Part shown: positions 8,851 to 18,453 of the stretch, piece after piece
Layout of the letters: every line of letters begins with the position of its first letter
How positions within the stretch are numbered: the stretch's first letter is position 1
Source of the DNA: Myxococcota bacterium
GTDB lineage: Bacteria > Myxococcota_A > Polyangia > Polyangiales > Sandaracinaceae
Length of the DNA: 50,198 nt
Assembly (NCBI GenBank): GCA_036149055.1
Contig: JAYZQJ010000181.1
Coordinates: 1 to 50,198, forward strand
Direction: 5' to 3'
Notes under the pieces: generated by a model
The model's input: the letters and a program-made list of their open reading frames with translations, nothing else
Told to the model about the DNA's origin: nothing
Database searches by the model: none
Translations under genes and position numbers: made by a program

Positions 8851-9740
8851 AGAAGCAGGGGCGCCGCGGGTTCGTCCGCGAGGTCGCGGGGACCGCGGCG
8901 CTCCTGTCGTTCGGCTGCCACGATCGCACGGGAGAGAGGCCGAGGATGAGCGAGCAACGATCCGGGCGCATGCCGGTGGTCTTCGTCGGCCACGGCTCCC
9001 CGATGAACGCGATCGAGGACAACCGGTGGAGCCGCGCCTTCACCGGGCTCGGCCGGGCGCTCCCGAGGCCGCGCGCGATCCTCGCCATCTCCGCTCACTG
9101 GTTCGTGAACGGCACCTGGATCACCGCTCAGCCGCGGCCCGAGACGATCCACGACTTCGGCGGCTTCCCGCGCGCCCTGTTCGAGGTGCGGTACCCGGCC
9201 CCGGGCCAGCCGGACCTCGCCGATCGGGTGCGCGGGCTGCTGGCGGCGCACGAGGCCGAGGCGAAGGACGACTGGGGCCTCGACCACGGCACCTGGAGCG
9301 TGCTCCGGTGGATGAGCCCCGAGGCCGACGTGCCGGTGATCCAGCTGAGCCTCGACCGTCGGCTCGCGCCGCGCCGGCACCTCGAGATCGGCCGCGCGCT
9401 CGCGCCGCTGCGCGACGAGGGCGTGCTGATCTTCGGGAGCGGCAACGTGGTCCACAACCTCCGCGACGCCTTCGGGCGCATGCAGCGGAGAGACGGCGAG
9501 ACCCCGGGGTGGGCCGCGCGCTTCGACCGCGACGTCGAGGCCGCCCTCGGCCAGCGCGACGAGGCGGCGCTGCTCGACCGCCTCGAGACCGACGACGGCC
9601 GCCTCTCGCACCCGACGCCCGATCACTGGCTGCCGCTCCTCTACGCGGCGGGCGCCAGCCTCGAGGGCGACGCGGTCTCCTTCCCCATCGAGGGCTTCGA
9701 CGCCGGCTCGATCTCGATGCGCGCGGTGCGCTGGGGATGA
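8847..9740 (+). CDS. ygiD: 4,5-DOPA extradiol dioxygenase (LigB/DODA class III); start GTG 8847 or ATG 8946
   Basis: FVGHGSPMNA, ISAHW, IHDFGGFP, WGLDHGTW, GSGNVVHNL, HPTPDHWLPL. Confidence 0.92.
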   Translation: MKKQGRRGFVREVAGTAALLSFGCHDRTGERPRMSEQRSGRMPVVFVGHGSPMNAIEDNRWSRAFTGLGRALPRPRAILAISAHWFVNGTWITAQPRPETIHDFGGFPRALFEVRYPAPGQPDLADRVRGLLAAHEAEAKDDWGLDHGTWSVLRWMSPEADVPVIQLSLDRRLAPRRHLEIGRALAPLRDEGVLIFGSGNVVHNLRDAFGRMQRRDGETPGWAARFDRDVEAALGQRDEAALLDRLETDDGRLSHPTPDHWLPLLYAAGASLEGDAVSFPIEGFDAGSISMRAVRWG

Positions 9741-9773
9741 ACCCCCGCGCGGCGGTCTGATATTCTCGCCCGC

Positions 9774-10220
9774 ATGTCGACTCGACTCTCGCTCTTCGCC
9801 GCGCTGCTGCTCGTCGCGTGTGGATCCTCCGAAGCCGCGCCGCCCCCGCAGACCGCGGCGCCCGTCCAGGCCGCGCCCTCCGATCACTACTCGGGGCAGT
9901 GGCGTGGGCTCGCCGACGTCACCTCGACGCTGCCGAACGCGCCCGAGGAGATGGACATCGTCGCCACCATCGTGAACGACAGCGCGCAGTGCGGGACGTT
10001 CGAGTACGGCGCGATCGGCTGCAGCGGCACCTGGACGTGCACCAGCGGGTTCGGCCAGACGAGCATGGTCGTCCAGGAGTCGGTGCGCTTCGGGCACGAG
10101 CGCTGCCCGCAGGGCGGTCGGGTGGAGCTGCGCGCGACGAACGATCCCGACGTGCTCGAGTTCCACTACACGAACGCCGGCATCTCTGCGCACGGCCAGC
10201 TGAACCGCCTGCGCATGTGA
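9774..10220 (+). CDS. Hypothetical lipoprotein (four further Cys)
   Basis: Lipobox LVAC; beta-rich mature part; TGn-TATTCT box 7 nt before the ATG. Confidence 0.85.
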   Translation: MSTRLSLFAALLLVACGSSEAAPPPQTAAPVQAAPSDHYSGQWRGLADVTSTLPNAPEEMDIVATIVNDSAQCGTFEYGAIGCSGTWTCTSGFGQTSMVVQESVRFGHERCPQGGRVELRATNDPDVLEFHYTNAGISAHGQLNRLRM

Positions 10221-10226
10221 TCCCGC

Positions 10227-12047
10227 TCAGGCGCTGCGGCGGCGCCGGGCGGCGACGGTGACCCCGAGCGGGCTGCGCTGACTCTGCGCCTGGGCGGCGC
10301 GGGTCCGGCGGAGCGCGGCGAGGGCGTCTTCGTGCTCCTTCCACCAGGCCTCCGCGCGCGCGGGCGTCCAGTCGGCGTGACACGCGCAGGCCTCGGCCCG
10401 GCGGCGCGCCTCGGCGGCGTCGCGCGGCCGGTCGGCGGGATCCTTCGCGAGGAGGGACAGCACCAGCGCCTCCAGATCGGCCGGCACCTCGCGCGACGTC
10501 GAGGGGCGCGGCGGATCCTCGCGCATGTGCCGCAGCATGATCTGGAAGACGGTGCCGCCCTCGAAGAGCTGCCGCCCGGTCAGCAGGTAGTAGGCCACCG
10601 CGCCGAGCGCGTAGAGGTCGGAGCGCGGCTCGGGGGTCGGCTGCTCGGTCAGCTGCTCGGGCGCCATGTAGAGCGGCGTGCCCGAGAGGTTGGAGGTGCC
10701 GCTGAGATCGGGGCGCGCGGCGTCGGGGTGCAGCTCCTTCACCAGCCCGAAGTCCACCACCTTGGCCACGTCGTGGGCGCCGCCCTGGCGGCAGAGGAGC
10801 ACGTTGCCCGGCTTGATGTCCCGGTGGATCAGCCCGGCGCGGTGCGCCTCGTCGAGGGCGCCGCTCACCATCGCGACGATCTGCGCGACGCGCCCCGGGT
10901 CGAGCGGCCCGCCCACCTCCACCACCTCGGCGAGCGTCGCGCCGTCGAGCAGCTCCATCGCGTAGTAGAGGATGCCGTCGTCGGTGCGGCCGTAGTCGAA
11001 GACGGTCACGGTGTTCGGGTGGGTCAGGCGGCTGGTGGCCTGCACCTCGCGCTCGAAGCGCTCGAGCGCCTCCTCGCCGGCCCAGCGCGGGTGGATCAGC
11101 TTCACCGCGGTCGGGCGGCGGAGCAGCGCGTGCTTCGCCTCGTAGACGACGCCCATGCCCCCCTCGCCGATCTTGTCGAGCAAGGTGTAGGGGCCGAGGT
11201 TCTTCACCGCCTCGAGCTCGTCCTCGAGCGCGCGCACCTCGCTCCGGTGGGCGCGCTCCCGGTCCTCGATCGCCAGCTTCACCCGGTCGGTGAGGGCGAG
11301 GGCGAGGAGCAGCATCTCGAGCACGTTGGCGAGGAGGAGCGCGCGCCCGCCGCCCCCGAGCTGCCGGTCGAGCAGCACCTCGAGCGCGCTGAGCACGACC
11401 AGCGCGACGAGCGGGACCCAGGCGGCGAGGTAGAAGCGCGCCGCCCGGAAGCCGCCGCGGAGCGCGTCCACGCCGAGCCCGATGACCGCCGGCGCCACGA
11501 GCGCGCCGATGACCGCGTTGACGATCTCCGCCGCCCTCGGGTCGAGCAGCGGGACCGCGGTCAGCGAGAGCACGCCCAGGGCGACGCCCACCCCGGTCAG
11601 GATCCCGGCGAGGCGAGGCTTGCGCTCGTGGACCCGCAGGAAGGCGAGGGCGAACGCGAGGGCGAGCGTCAGGCCACAGCCCGAGGCGACGTGGTTGAGG
11701 GTCGTGCGCGCGGGCTCCACGAGGCCGAGGGCCGCGGCGCTCGCGTCGAAGTAGGTCGCGTAGACCGTGGTCAGCGCCGCGCCGAGAGCGGCGTACAATA
11801 GATAGCTGACCTGACGCGTCGGCACGTAGCTCAGGCCGTTGTAGGCGGCGAGGACGAGCAGCCCTCCGATCAGCGCGAGGTCGAGGCCGTCGCCGCGCTC
11901 CACCATCGGCGGCGCGAGCGCCTCGCGGTTCGCGTGCAGCAGCCCGCCCAGGCCGGCCAGCGCCCCGAAGGTCGCCAGACCAGCGGCGAGCGGCGCGCGG
12001 AGGGCGCGCGCGTCGAGGCCTCGAGCGCGTGACTGCGGAGTGCTCAC
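10227..12047 (-). CDS. Membrane Ser/Thr protein kinase with 7TM-DISM-like transmembrane domain
   Basis: Kinase motifs GEGGMGVV, AVK, HRDIKPGN, DFG, GTPLYMAPE; N-terminal TM array with YN...SYLLY, GFRAARFYLAAW, EMLLLALALTDR. Start uncertain; GTG 12047 preferred over 12251 because that would overlap the divergent gene. Confidence 0.88.
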   Translation of the reverse strand: MSTPQSRARGLDARALRAPLAAGLATFGALAGLGGLLHANREALAPPMVERGDGLDLALIGGLLVLAAYNGLSYVPTRQVSYLLYAALGAALTTVYATYFDASAAALGLVEPARTTLNHVASGCGLTLALAFALAFLRVHERKPRLAGILTGVGVALGVLSLTAVPLLDPRAAEIVNAVIGALVAPAVIGLGVDALRGGFRAARFYLAAWVPLVALVVLSALEVLLDRQLGGGGRALLLANVLEMLLLALALTDRVKLAIEDRERAHRSEVRALEDELEAVKNLGPYTLLDKIGEGGMGVVYEAKHALLRRPTAVKLIHPRWAGEEALERFEREVQATSRLTHPNTVTVFDYGRTDDGILYYAMELLDGATLAEVVEVGGPLDPGRVAQIVAMVSGALDEAHRAGLIHRDIKPGNVLLCRQGGAHDVAKVVDFGLVKELHPDAARPDLSGTSNLSGTPLYMAPEQLTEQPTPEPRSDLYALGAVAYYLLTGRQLFEGGTVFQIMLRHMREDPPRPSTSREVPADLEALVLSLLAKDPADRPRDAAEARRRAEACACHADWTPARAEAWWKEHEDALAALRRTRAAQAQSQRSPLGVTVAARRRRSA

Positions 12048-12143
12048 GGGCGCCGGCAGGATAGTGCCGTCCCTGCCTCGGGTCGAAGAACGCTCCCAAG
12101 GCGCGCTCTCCCCGCCGGGTCGCAGGCGCCTCGGGAGGAGAGC

Positions 12144-15100
12144 ATGACGGGAACGACGACGACGGTGGGGCGAGGGCCTCGCCGCGGGTGGGGGCGTGCG
12201 TGCCGCGCGCTGACCGCGCTCGCGGTGGCCCTCGGATGTGGGACGAGTCATGGGACGCCGCAGCCGGCTGGAGATTCACCGCGCCCGCGAAGAAACCAGG
12301 CGCGCGTCACGACCGGCGACGAGCTGGTGCCGCCCCCCGAGGTCGCGGCGCTGGCGGGGGCCGCCGAGGCGCCGCCCGAGCCCGAGGTGCCGGCCGACAC
12401 CGTCGCGCTCACCAGCCGCATGGCCCCGAAGCGGCTCCACATCCCCGCGACCCACCCCGGGCAGACGAGCCGCTTCACCTTCGACGGCTTCCACCGCGGG
12501 TGGTTCGCGCGCACCGGCGGCGGCCAGCAGCACCTGCTCACGCCGATCTACGGGGGCGGCAAGGTGTACGTCGGCGGCGGCTTCTCGAGCCACCAGGTCT
12601 TCGCCTACGACGCGCGCACCGGGGAGCGCGACTGGGTGGCCTCGGCGCCGGACGGCGGGCCGTCGGCCGCGATCCTCGAGGACGGCAAGATCCTCTTCAA
12701 CACTGAGAGCTGCACGCTCTTCGCCGTCGACGCCGACACCGGTCGGCAGCGCTGGAGCCGCTGGCTCGGCGATCCCCTGATGAGCCAGCCGGCCGCCGCG
12801 AACGGGCTGGTGTTCTCGGGGCACCTGATCGACACGCGCTCGCCCGGCGGCCTCCAGGTGGGCACGACGGGCTGGGGCGTCGGCGACGGTCGCCGCTACG
12901 GCTTCACCGCGCTGCGGCTCGCGGACGGGGCCCCGCGCTGGAGCGTCCCGGTGGACGGCGACGTGATGAACGCGCCGATCCTGGTCGACGGCGACGCCTA
13001 CTTCACGACGATGCGGGGCACCGTCTACCGGGTCGATCAGCGCACCGGGCGGGTGCGGTGGCGCCGCGCGGTACACGCGACGAGCGCGCCCTGGATCCAC
13101 CACGACGAGGTGCACGTGACGGTGCGGCGCCGCGAGCGCGTCGACGGCGAGCCCCAGGTCGTCGAGCCCCAGGTCGTCGAGCGGGCCGTGGTCCTCGCGA
13201 AGGCGAGCGGCCGGACCGAGCGGGAGCACGAGCCCGTCCCGGCGGCCTACGTCGCCGGGCGGCCCGACCCCGACGTGCAGCGCGGCTGGCGCTACGAGGG
13301 CTCGCGCGCGACCGTGATCGACGGGCGGGCGTACCAGACCATCGGCAACGAGGTGCACTGCCGCGACGCCGAGACGGGCGAGCTCCTCTGGCGGCGGCGA
13401 TACACCGAGGACGCCCACAGCCGCCCGGCGAGCCCCCCGGCGGTGGCCGGGAGCCAGCTCGTCTTCGGGACGCGGGACGGTCACCTCTTCGGCCTCGACA
13501 TCGACACCGGCCTGACCGCCTGGGCCTACGACGTGGGCGAGCCGATCGCCGCCCAGCCCACCGTCGGCCACGGCTGGGTCTACGCGAGCACCGCGCGCGG
13601 CGGCGTGGTCGGGCTCGAGGTCTCCGACGTGAGCTTCGACGGCTGGCACATGTGGGGCGGCAACGCGCAGCACAACGGGCGGGTGCTGGCGACCGAGCCT
13701 CCCGCCGAGGAGGACGAGCGGCCCAGCGAGGGCACGCTGCAGCTCGACGAGGCGCCGCGGGGCGAGGAGATCGCCGGCTTCCCGCTGCAGGGCACGCGGG
13801 TGCACGCGGAGGTCAGCGGCTTCGTCGCCCGGGTGCGCGTCGAGCAGACCTTCCAGAACCCCTACGAGCGCGCGGTCGAGGCGGTCTACCTCTTCCCGCT
13901 GCCCGACGACGCGGCGGTCGACGCGATGGAGATGCGCGCCGGCGATCGCGTGGTGCGCGCCCAGATCCAGCGGCGACACGAGGCGCGGGAGCGCTACGAG
14001 GACGCGCGCGAGCGGGGCGTGCTCGCGAGCCTGCTCGAGCAGGAGCGGCCGAACCTCTTCCGCCAGTCGGTGGCCAACATCCGCCCCGGCGACGCGATCC
14101 GGGTCACCCTGCACTACACGCAGGTCCTGCCCTACGAGGAGGGCAGCTACCGCTTCGTCTATCCGATGGTCGCGGGCGCGCGCTATCAGCCGGAGGGCGG
14201 CGACGCGGACGAGGCCCCGACGCGACAGGTGGTGCTCGCGCCCGGCGGCGAGCGCCCCGATCGCGTGGAGGTGACGATCGACGCCGACCTCGGGACGGAG
14301 CTCCGGGGCGTGCGCTCGCCGACCCACGAGCTCGAGGTCGACGAGCGGGGCCGCGCCGTGCACGTGGCCCTCGCGGAGGCGGCGCCGCCCGACCGCGATC
14401 TCGACGTGCGCTTCGCGGTGGCGGGAGAGGCGCCGACGGTCTCGGTCCTCGCGAGCCCGCCCGCCGACGGAGAGCGCGGGCACTTCTCGCTCGCCCTCCA
14501 CCCGCGGCTGAACGTGCCGGAGAGCGAGGTGATGCCGCGCGAGGTGGTCTTCCTCGTCGACACGTCGAGCTCGATGCACGGCCGGCCGATGGAGCTGGCG
14601 CGCGCGGCGATGCAGCGCGCCCTCGGGGGGCTGCGCCCGACCGACACCTTCCGCGTGCTGAGCTTCTCGGATCGGGCGAGCGCGCTCAGCGACGCGCCGC
14701 TGCCCGCGACCGAGGAGAACCTGGCCCGGGCGCGCCGCTTCGTCGACGAGCTCCGCGCGCTCGGCGCGACCGAGATGCTCCGGGGCGTGCGCGCGGCGCT
14801 CGAGCCGGAGGCCGAGGACGGCCGGATGCGGGTGGTGCTCCTGATGACCGATGGCTACATCGGCAACGAGACCGAGGTCTTCCGCGAGGTGCATCGGCGG
14901 CTCGGCCAGTCGCGGCTGTTCGGCTTCGGGGTCGGCTCGGCGGTGAACCGCTACCTGCTGACCCGGCTGTCGGAGATCGGCCGCGGGGATCTGCAGGTGG
15001 TCACCCTGGACGAGTCGCCGGAGCTCGCCGCCGACCGCTTCCACGAGCGGATCGCGAGCCCGACGCTGACCGATCTGTCGATCGACTGGGGCGACCTGCG

Positions 15101-15998
15101 GGTCGAGGGCGCCTACCCGCGGCGGCTGCCGGACCTCTACGCCGACCGGCCGCTCGTGGTGCACGGGCGCTACGGCGCGGCGGGCCGAGGCGAGATCCGG
15201 ATCCGCGGTCGCCTGGCCGGCCGGCCCTTCGAGCAGAGGGTGTCGGTCGATCTGCCGGCGAGCGGCGACCCGCGGCCGGAGCTCGGCTCGGTCTGGGCGC
15301 GCACCCGCATCCGCGACCTGATGACGGCGATGGCGCTCCGGCCGAACGACGCGCTCCAGGAGGAGGTGACCCAGCTGGGTCTGCGGCATCACCTGCTGAC
15401 CCAGTGGACGGCGTTCCTCGCGATCGACGAGGGGTACCGGGTCGACGAGCCGGCGCAGGAGACGGTGCATCAGCCGCAGCAGGCCCCGGCCGGCCAGGAG
15501 CGGAGCCGGGAGGCACGGACGGCCACGGCGCCGACGGCGCCCCCCGCGCCCTCGCTCCGCGCCCGCCGCACCGTGTCTCGGGGAGGCCCGCTGGGCGCCG
15601 GGCGCGGCGGCGGCGGGGCCGGGGAGGGCACGATCGGGCTGGGCGGGCTCGGCTCCATCGGCCACGGCGCGGGCCGCGGCTCGGGCGCGGGCTACGGCGC
15701 CGCCCCGGCGGCCGAGCCGGCGCGGGTGGACGAGCCCGCGGCGGACGCGCGCGCCGAGGAGGACCGCGTGGATCGGGACGTCGGCGGGCTCGCCGCTCCA
15801 CCGTCCGTGAGCGCCCTTTTGCGCCAGCGCTGCCTGGAGGAGGCGCGGCGGCCCGACGGGAGCGTCGACCGGGAGGCGCTCGCCGAATGCCTGCGGCGGG
15901 CGCGTGGCGGGGGCGCGCGCAAGGGCGGCGTCTGGAAGCGCGACGGAGCGGGGGCGCTGGGCCCGGGCCTCGCGGCCGCACGCCGAAGACGAGGTTGA
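12144..15998 (+). CDS. Lipoprotein fusion: PQQ/BamB-like beta-propeller + VIT + VWA + Gly-rich tail
   Basis: Lipobox ALGC; repeated DAxTGxxxW blades; VIT (VEQTFQNPYERAVEAVYLFPLPDDAAV...LLEQERPNLF); VWA (DTSSSM, MTDGYIGN, GVGSAVNRYLL); SD ggagga. Confidence 0.88.
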   Translation: MTGTTTTVGRGPRRGWGRACRALTALAVALGCGTSHGTPQPAGDSPRPRRNQARVTTGDELVPPPEVAALAGAAEAPPEPEVPADTVALTSRMAPKRLHIPATHPGQTSRFTFDGFHRGWFARTGGGQQHLLTPIYGGGKVYVGGGFSSHQVFAYDARTGERDWVASAPDGGPSAAILEDGKILFNTESCTLFAVDADTGRQRWSRWLGDPLMSQPAAANGLVFSGHLIDTRSPGGLQVGTTGWGVGDGRRYGFTALRLADGAPRWSVPVDGDVMNAPILVDGDAYFTTMRGTVYRVDQRTGRVRWRRAVHATSAPWIHHDEVHVTVRRRERVDGEPQVVEPQVVERAVVLAKASGRTEREHEPVPAAYVAGRPDPDVQRGWRYEGSRATVIDGRAYQTIGNEVHCRDAETGELLWRRRYTEDAHSRPASPPAVAGSQLVFGTRDGHLFGLDIDTGLTAWAYDVGEPIAAQPTVGHGWVYASTARGGVVGLEVSDVSFDGWHMWGGNAQHNGRVLATEPPAEEDERPSEGTLQLDEAPRGEEIAGFPLQGTRVHAEVSGFVARVRVEQTFQNPYERAVEAVYLFPLPDDAAVDAMEMRAGDRVVRAQIQRRHEARERYEDARERGVLASLLEQERPNLFRQSVANIRPGDAIRVTLHYTQVLPYEEGSYRFVYPMVAGARYQPEGGDADEAPTRQVVLAPGGERPDRVEVTIDADLGTELRGVRSPTHELEVDERGRAVHVALAEAAPPDRDLDVRFAVAGEAPTVSVLASPPADGERGHFSLALHPRLNVPESEVMPREVVFLVDTSSSMHGRPMELARAAMQRALGGLRPTDTFRVLSFSDRASALSDAPLPATEENLARARRFVDELRALGATEMLRGVRAALEPEAEDGRMRVVLLMTDGYIGNETEVFREVHRRLGQSRLFGFGVGSAVNRYLLTRLSEIGRGDLQVVTLDESPELAADRFHERIASPTLTDLSIDWGDLRVEGAYPRRLPDLYADRPLVVHGRYGAAGRGEIRIRGRLAGRPFEQRVSVDLPASGDPRPELGSVWARTRIRDLMTAMALRPNDALQEEVTQLGLRHHLLTQWTAFLAIDEGYRVDEPAQETVHQPQQAPAGQERSREARTATAPTAPPAPSLRARRTVSRGGPLGAGRGGGGAGEGTIGLGGLGSIGHGAGRGSGAGYGAAPAAEPARVDEPAADARAEEDRVDRDVGGLAAPPSVSALLRQRCLEEARRPDGSVDREALAECLRRARGGGARKGGVWKRDGAGALGPGLAAARRRRG
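13148..13182 (+). repeat. In-frame 15-bp tandem duplication (EPQVV x2)
   Basis: cgagccccaggtcgt repeated twice plus a partial third unit. Confidence 0.9.
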
Positions 15999-16037
15999 CC
16001 CTCGAACTGCCGTCGGGCGGGGAGTAGAGTGGCGCCC

Positions 16038-18038
16038 ATGCGACGCTTGGTCTCGACTCTCTCCCTGCTGCTCCTCCTCGCCGGCTGTGGAACGTCCGGC
16101 GGCGCCCTGGACGCCGGCGACGGCGACGGGGCCATCCCGGTCGGCGCGGACTCCGACGGCGACACCATCCCCGACGAGGTCGAAGGGCGCGCCCTGCGGC
16201 TCGACACCGACGGCGACGGAACCCCGGACTACCTCGACGAGGACTCGGACGGCGACGGCATCTCCGACCGCGACGAGGCCGGTGACGACGACCCCGCGAC
16301 CGATCCGCGCGACTCCGATCTGGACACGCGGCCCGACTACATCGACCTGGACTCCGACAACAACGGCTACCCCGACCAGATCGAAGGCGTCGGGGACTTC
16401 GACCTCGATCGGATCCCCAACTACGCGGACCTCGACGACGACAACGACCTCGTGCGCGACGAGCAGGAGCTCGACGGCGTGCTCGATCCGCCGGCCGACA
16501 CCGACGGCGACGGGCGCCCGAACTACCGCGACCCGGACTCCGACAACGACCTGATCATGGACGGTGACGAGTTCGGCCCCGACACCGATCGCGACGGCCT
16601 GCTCGACCACGAGGACCGCGACACCGACGCCGACGGCATCCCCGACGAGATCGAGGCCGGTGACGGAGACGTCTTCTCGCCGCCCGTCGACTCCGACGGC
16701 GACACCATTCCGGACTTCCGGGACCCCGACAGCGACGACGACGGCCTGTCCGACGCGCTCGAGAACGACCTCGGGCTCGACCCGACGCGCGCCGACAGCG
16801 ACGGCGACGGGGTCACCGATCTGATCGAGCGCGCGGCCGGCACCGACCCGCTCGACGCGATGGACAACCCGCGCTCGCTCGGCGACTTCGTGTTCGTCAT
16901 GCCGCACATGGAGGCGCCGATGCCTCCGGAGGACACCCTCGACTTCGCGACCAGCATCGCGAAGGCCGACGTCTACTTCCTCATGGACGAGACCGGCTCG
17001 ATGGGCTCGTCGATCGACTCGCTCAAGACCGGCATCGCCGACCTCATCACCCGCATCCGCGCCGTGATCCCCGACGCGTGGTTCGGCCTCGGCGGCTTCC
17101 GCGACTACCCGTCCGGCGGCTACGGCTCGCCCGGCGATCTCCCCTACGAGCACTACCTCGACGTCACCAACGACACCGCGATGGCGATGGGCGCGGCCAA
17201 CGCGTCCTACGAGCCGGCGGGCGGCGGCGACGGCCCCGAGAGCCACGGTCAGGCGGTCTGGTCGGCGGTGACCGGGAACGCGCTCGAGGGCGTGCCCGCG
17301 CGCGCCGACTCGCGCTTCGGCGCCTGCCCGATGGGCACCTTCGGCTACGCGTGCTTCCGCGACGACGCGGTGCCGGTCATCGTGCTCATCAGCGACATCC
17401 AGATGCACAACGGTCCGATGGGCGCCGAGCCCTACTCGGGCATCCCCGGCGCGGTCACCTACGATCAGGCGGTCGCGCAGGCCAACGCCAACCGGGTGCG
17501 CATCACCGGCATCGCGCAGACCAGCGGCTTCGGCGGCGGCGCGCGGGCCGACCTCGAGGCCCTCGCGCGCGACACCGGCACCGTCGACAACACCGGCCGG
17601 CCGCTCGTCGAGGACTACATGAGCGGCATGATCTCGGCGGCGGTGGTGAACAACATCCAGATCCTCGCCGAGCAGAGCCGCCTCGACATCACCGCCGAGT
17701 TCGTCGACGACCCGTCGGACGGAGTCGACACGGAGGCGGCGTTCTTCGACCACCTCGCGGCGAACGCGATGGGCGACCGGGTCCGCGGGTGCACCCGGCG
17801 GAGCGCCGAGGACCGCGACGGCGACGGCGTGCTCGACACCTTCCCCTCGGTCACCACCGACACCCGCGTCTGCTTCGACATCTTCGTGCGGCAGAACGAC
17901 ACGGTCGCCGCCACCACCGAGCCGCAGATCTTCCGGGCCACCGTGCGGGTCATCGGCGACGGCTTCACCGAGCTCGACAGCCGCGACGTCTTCTTCCTCG
18001 TCCCGCCGGAGCCCCCCATGGTCGGCGGCCCGGACTGA
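16038..18038 (+). CDS. Lipoprotein with many Ca-binding DxDxDG (TSP3-like) repeats and an integrin-beta-like VWA domain (CglD-like architecture)
   Basis: Lipobox LAGC; more than 10 DSDGDG/DTDGDG-type repeats; DVYFLMDETGSM, GGGDGPES, CFRDDAVPVIVLISD. Confidence 0.88.
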   Translation: MRRLVSTLSLLLLLAGCGTSGGALDAGDGDGAIPVGADSDGDTIPDEVEGRALRLDTDGDGTPDYLDEDSDGDGISDRDEAGDDDPATDPRDSDLDTRPDYIDLDSDNNGYPDQIEGVGDFDLDRIPNYADLDDDNDLVRDEQELDGVLDPPADTDGDGRPNYRDPDSDNDLIMDGDEFGPDTDRDGLLDHEDRDTDADGIPDEIEAGDGDVFSPPVDSDGDTIPDFRDPDSDDDGLSDALENDLGLDPTRADSDGDGVTDLIERAAGTDPLDAMDNPRSLGDFVFVMPHMEAPMPPEDTLDFATSIAKADVYFLMDETGSMGSSIDSLKTGIADLITRIRAVIPDAWFGLGGFRDYPSGGYGSPGDLPYEHYLDVTNDTAMAMGAANASYEPAGGGDGPESHGQAVWSAVTGNALEGVPARADSRFGACPMGTFGYACFRDDAVPVIVLISDIQMHNGPMGAEPYSGIPGAVTYDQAVAQANANRVRITGIAQTSGFGGGARADLEALARDTGTVDNTGRPLVEDYMSGMISAAVVNNIQILAEQSRLDITAEFVDDPSDGVDTEAAFFDHLAANAMGDRVRGCTRRSAEDRDGDGVLDTFPSVTTDTRVCFDIFVRQNDTVAATTEPQIFRATVRVIGDGFTELDSRDVFFLVPPEPPMVGGPD

Positions 18039-18090
18039 TCGCCGTTCGGACCCTACAGGCCGCGGCCGGTCCTGCCGTTCCGTCCCGGAG

Positions 18091-18453
18091 ATGGAGTGGA
18101 TGGAGATCAGCCCCGGCCTGTGGATCACGGGCTACGAGTCGGAGGCCAGCGCCGACGTCGGGGGCCTGAGCGCCTCGATCGAGCGGCTCGTCGCGAGCAC
18201 GCGCGGGCCGATCGCGATTCTCTTCGACGTGAGCGGGTCGGTGCATCCGTTCTCCGCCGACGTGGTGCAGGGCTACCTGAAGGTCCTCACCGGCCACGGC
18301 TCGTCGATCAGCCGCATCTACGTGGCGTCGACCAACCCGATGGTGCGCTTCGCGGGCTCGGCGGCCCGGCTGGTGCTCGGCTCGCGGCTGCACATGTTCG
18401 CGTCGGTCGGCGAGGCGATCACGCACCACGAGGCGTGCCACCGCGCCGCCTGA
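18091..18453 (+). CDS. Small STAS/SEC14-like hypothetical protein
   Basis: Pattern ILFDVSG...IYVASTNPMVRF...HMFASVGEA typical of small SpoIIAA-like myxobacterial proteins. Confidence 0.65.
   Translation: MEWMEISPGLWITGYESEASADVGGLSASIERLVASTRGPIAILFDVSGSVHPFSADVVQGYLKVLTGHGSSISRIYVASTNPMVRFAGSAARLVLGSRLHMFASVGEAITHHEACHRAA

Noticed and set aside
12276..18128. 1950-aa minus-strand ORF
   Set aside because: Antisense shadow of two well-supported plus-strand genes; stop codons are rare at this GC content; no motifs.
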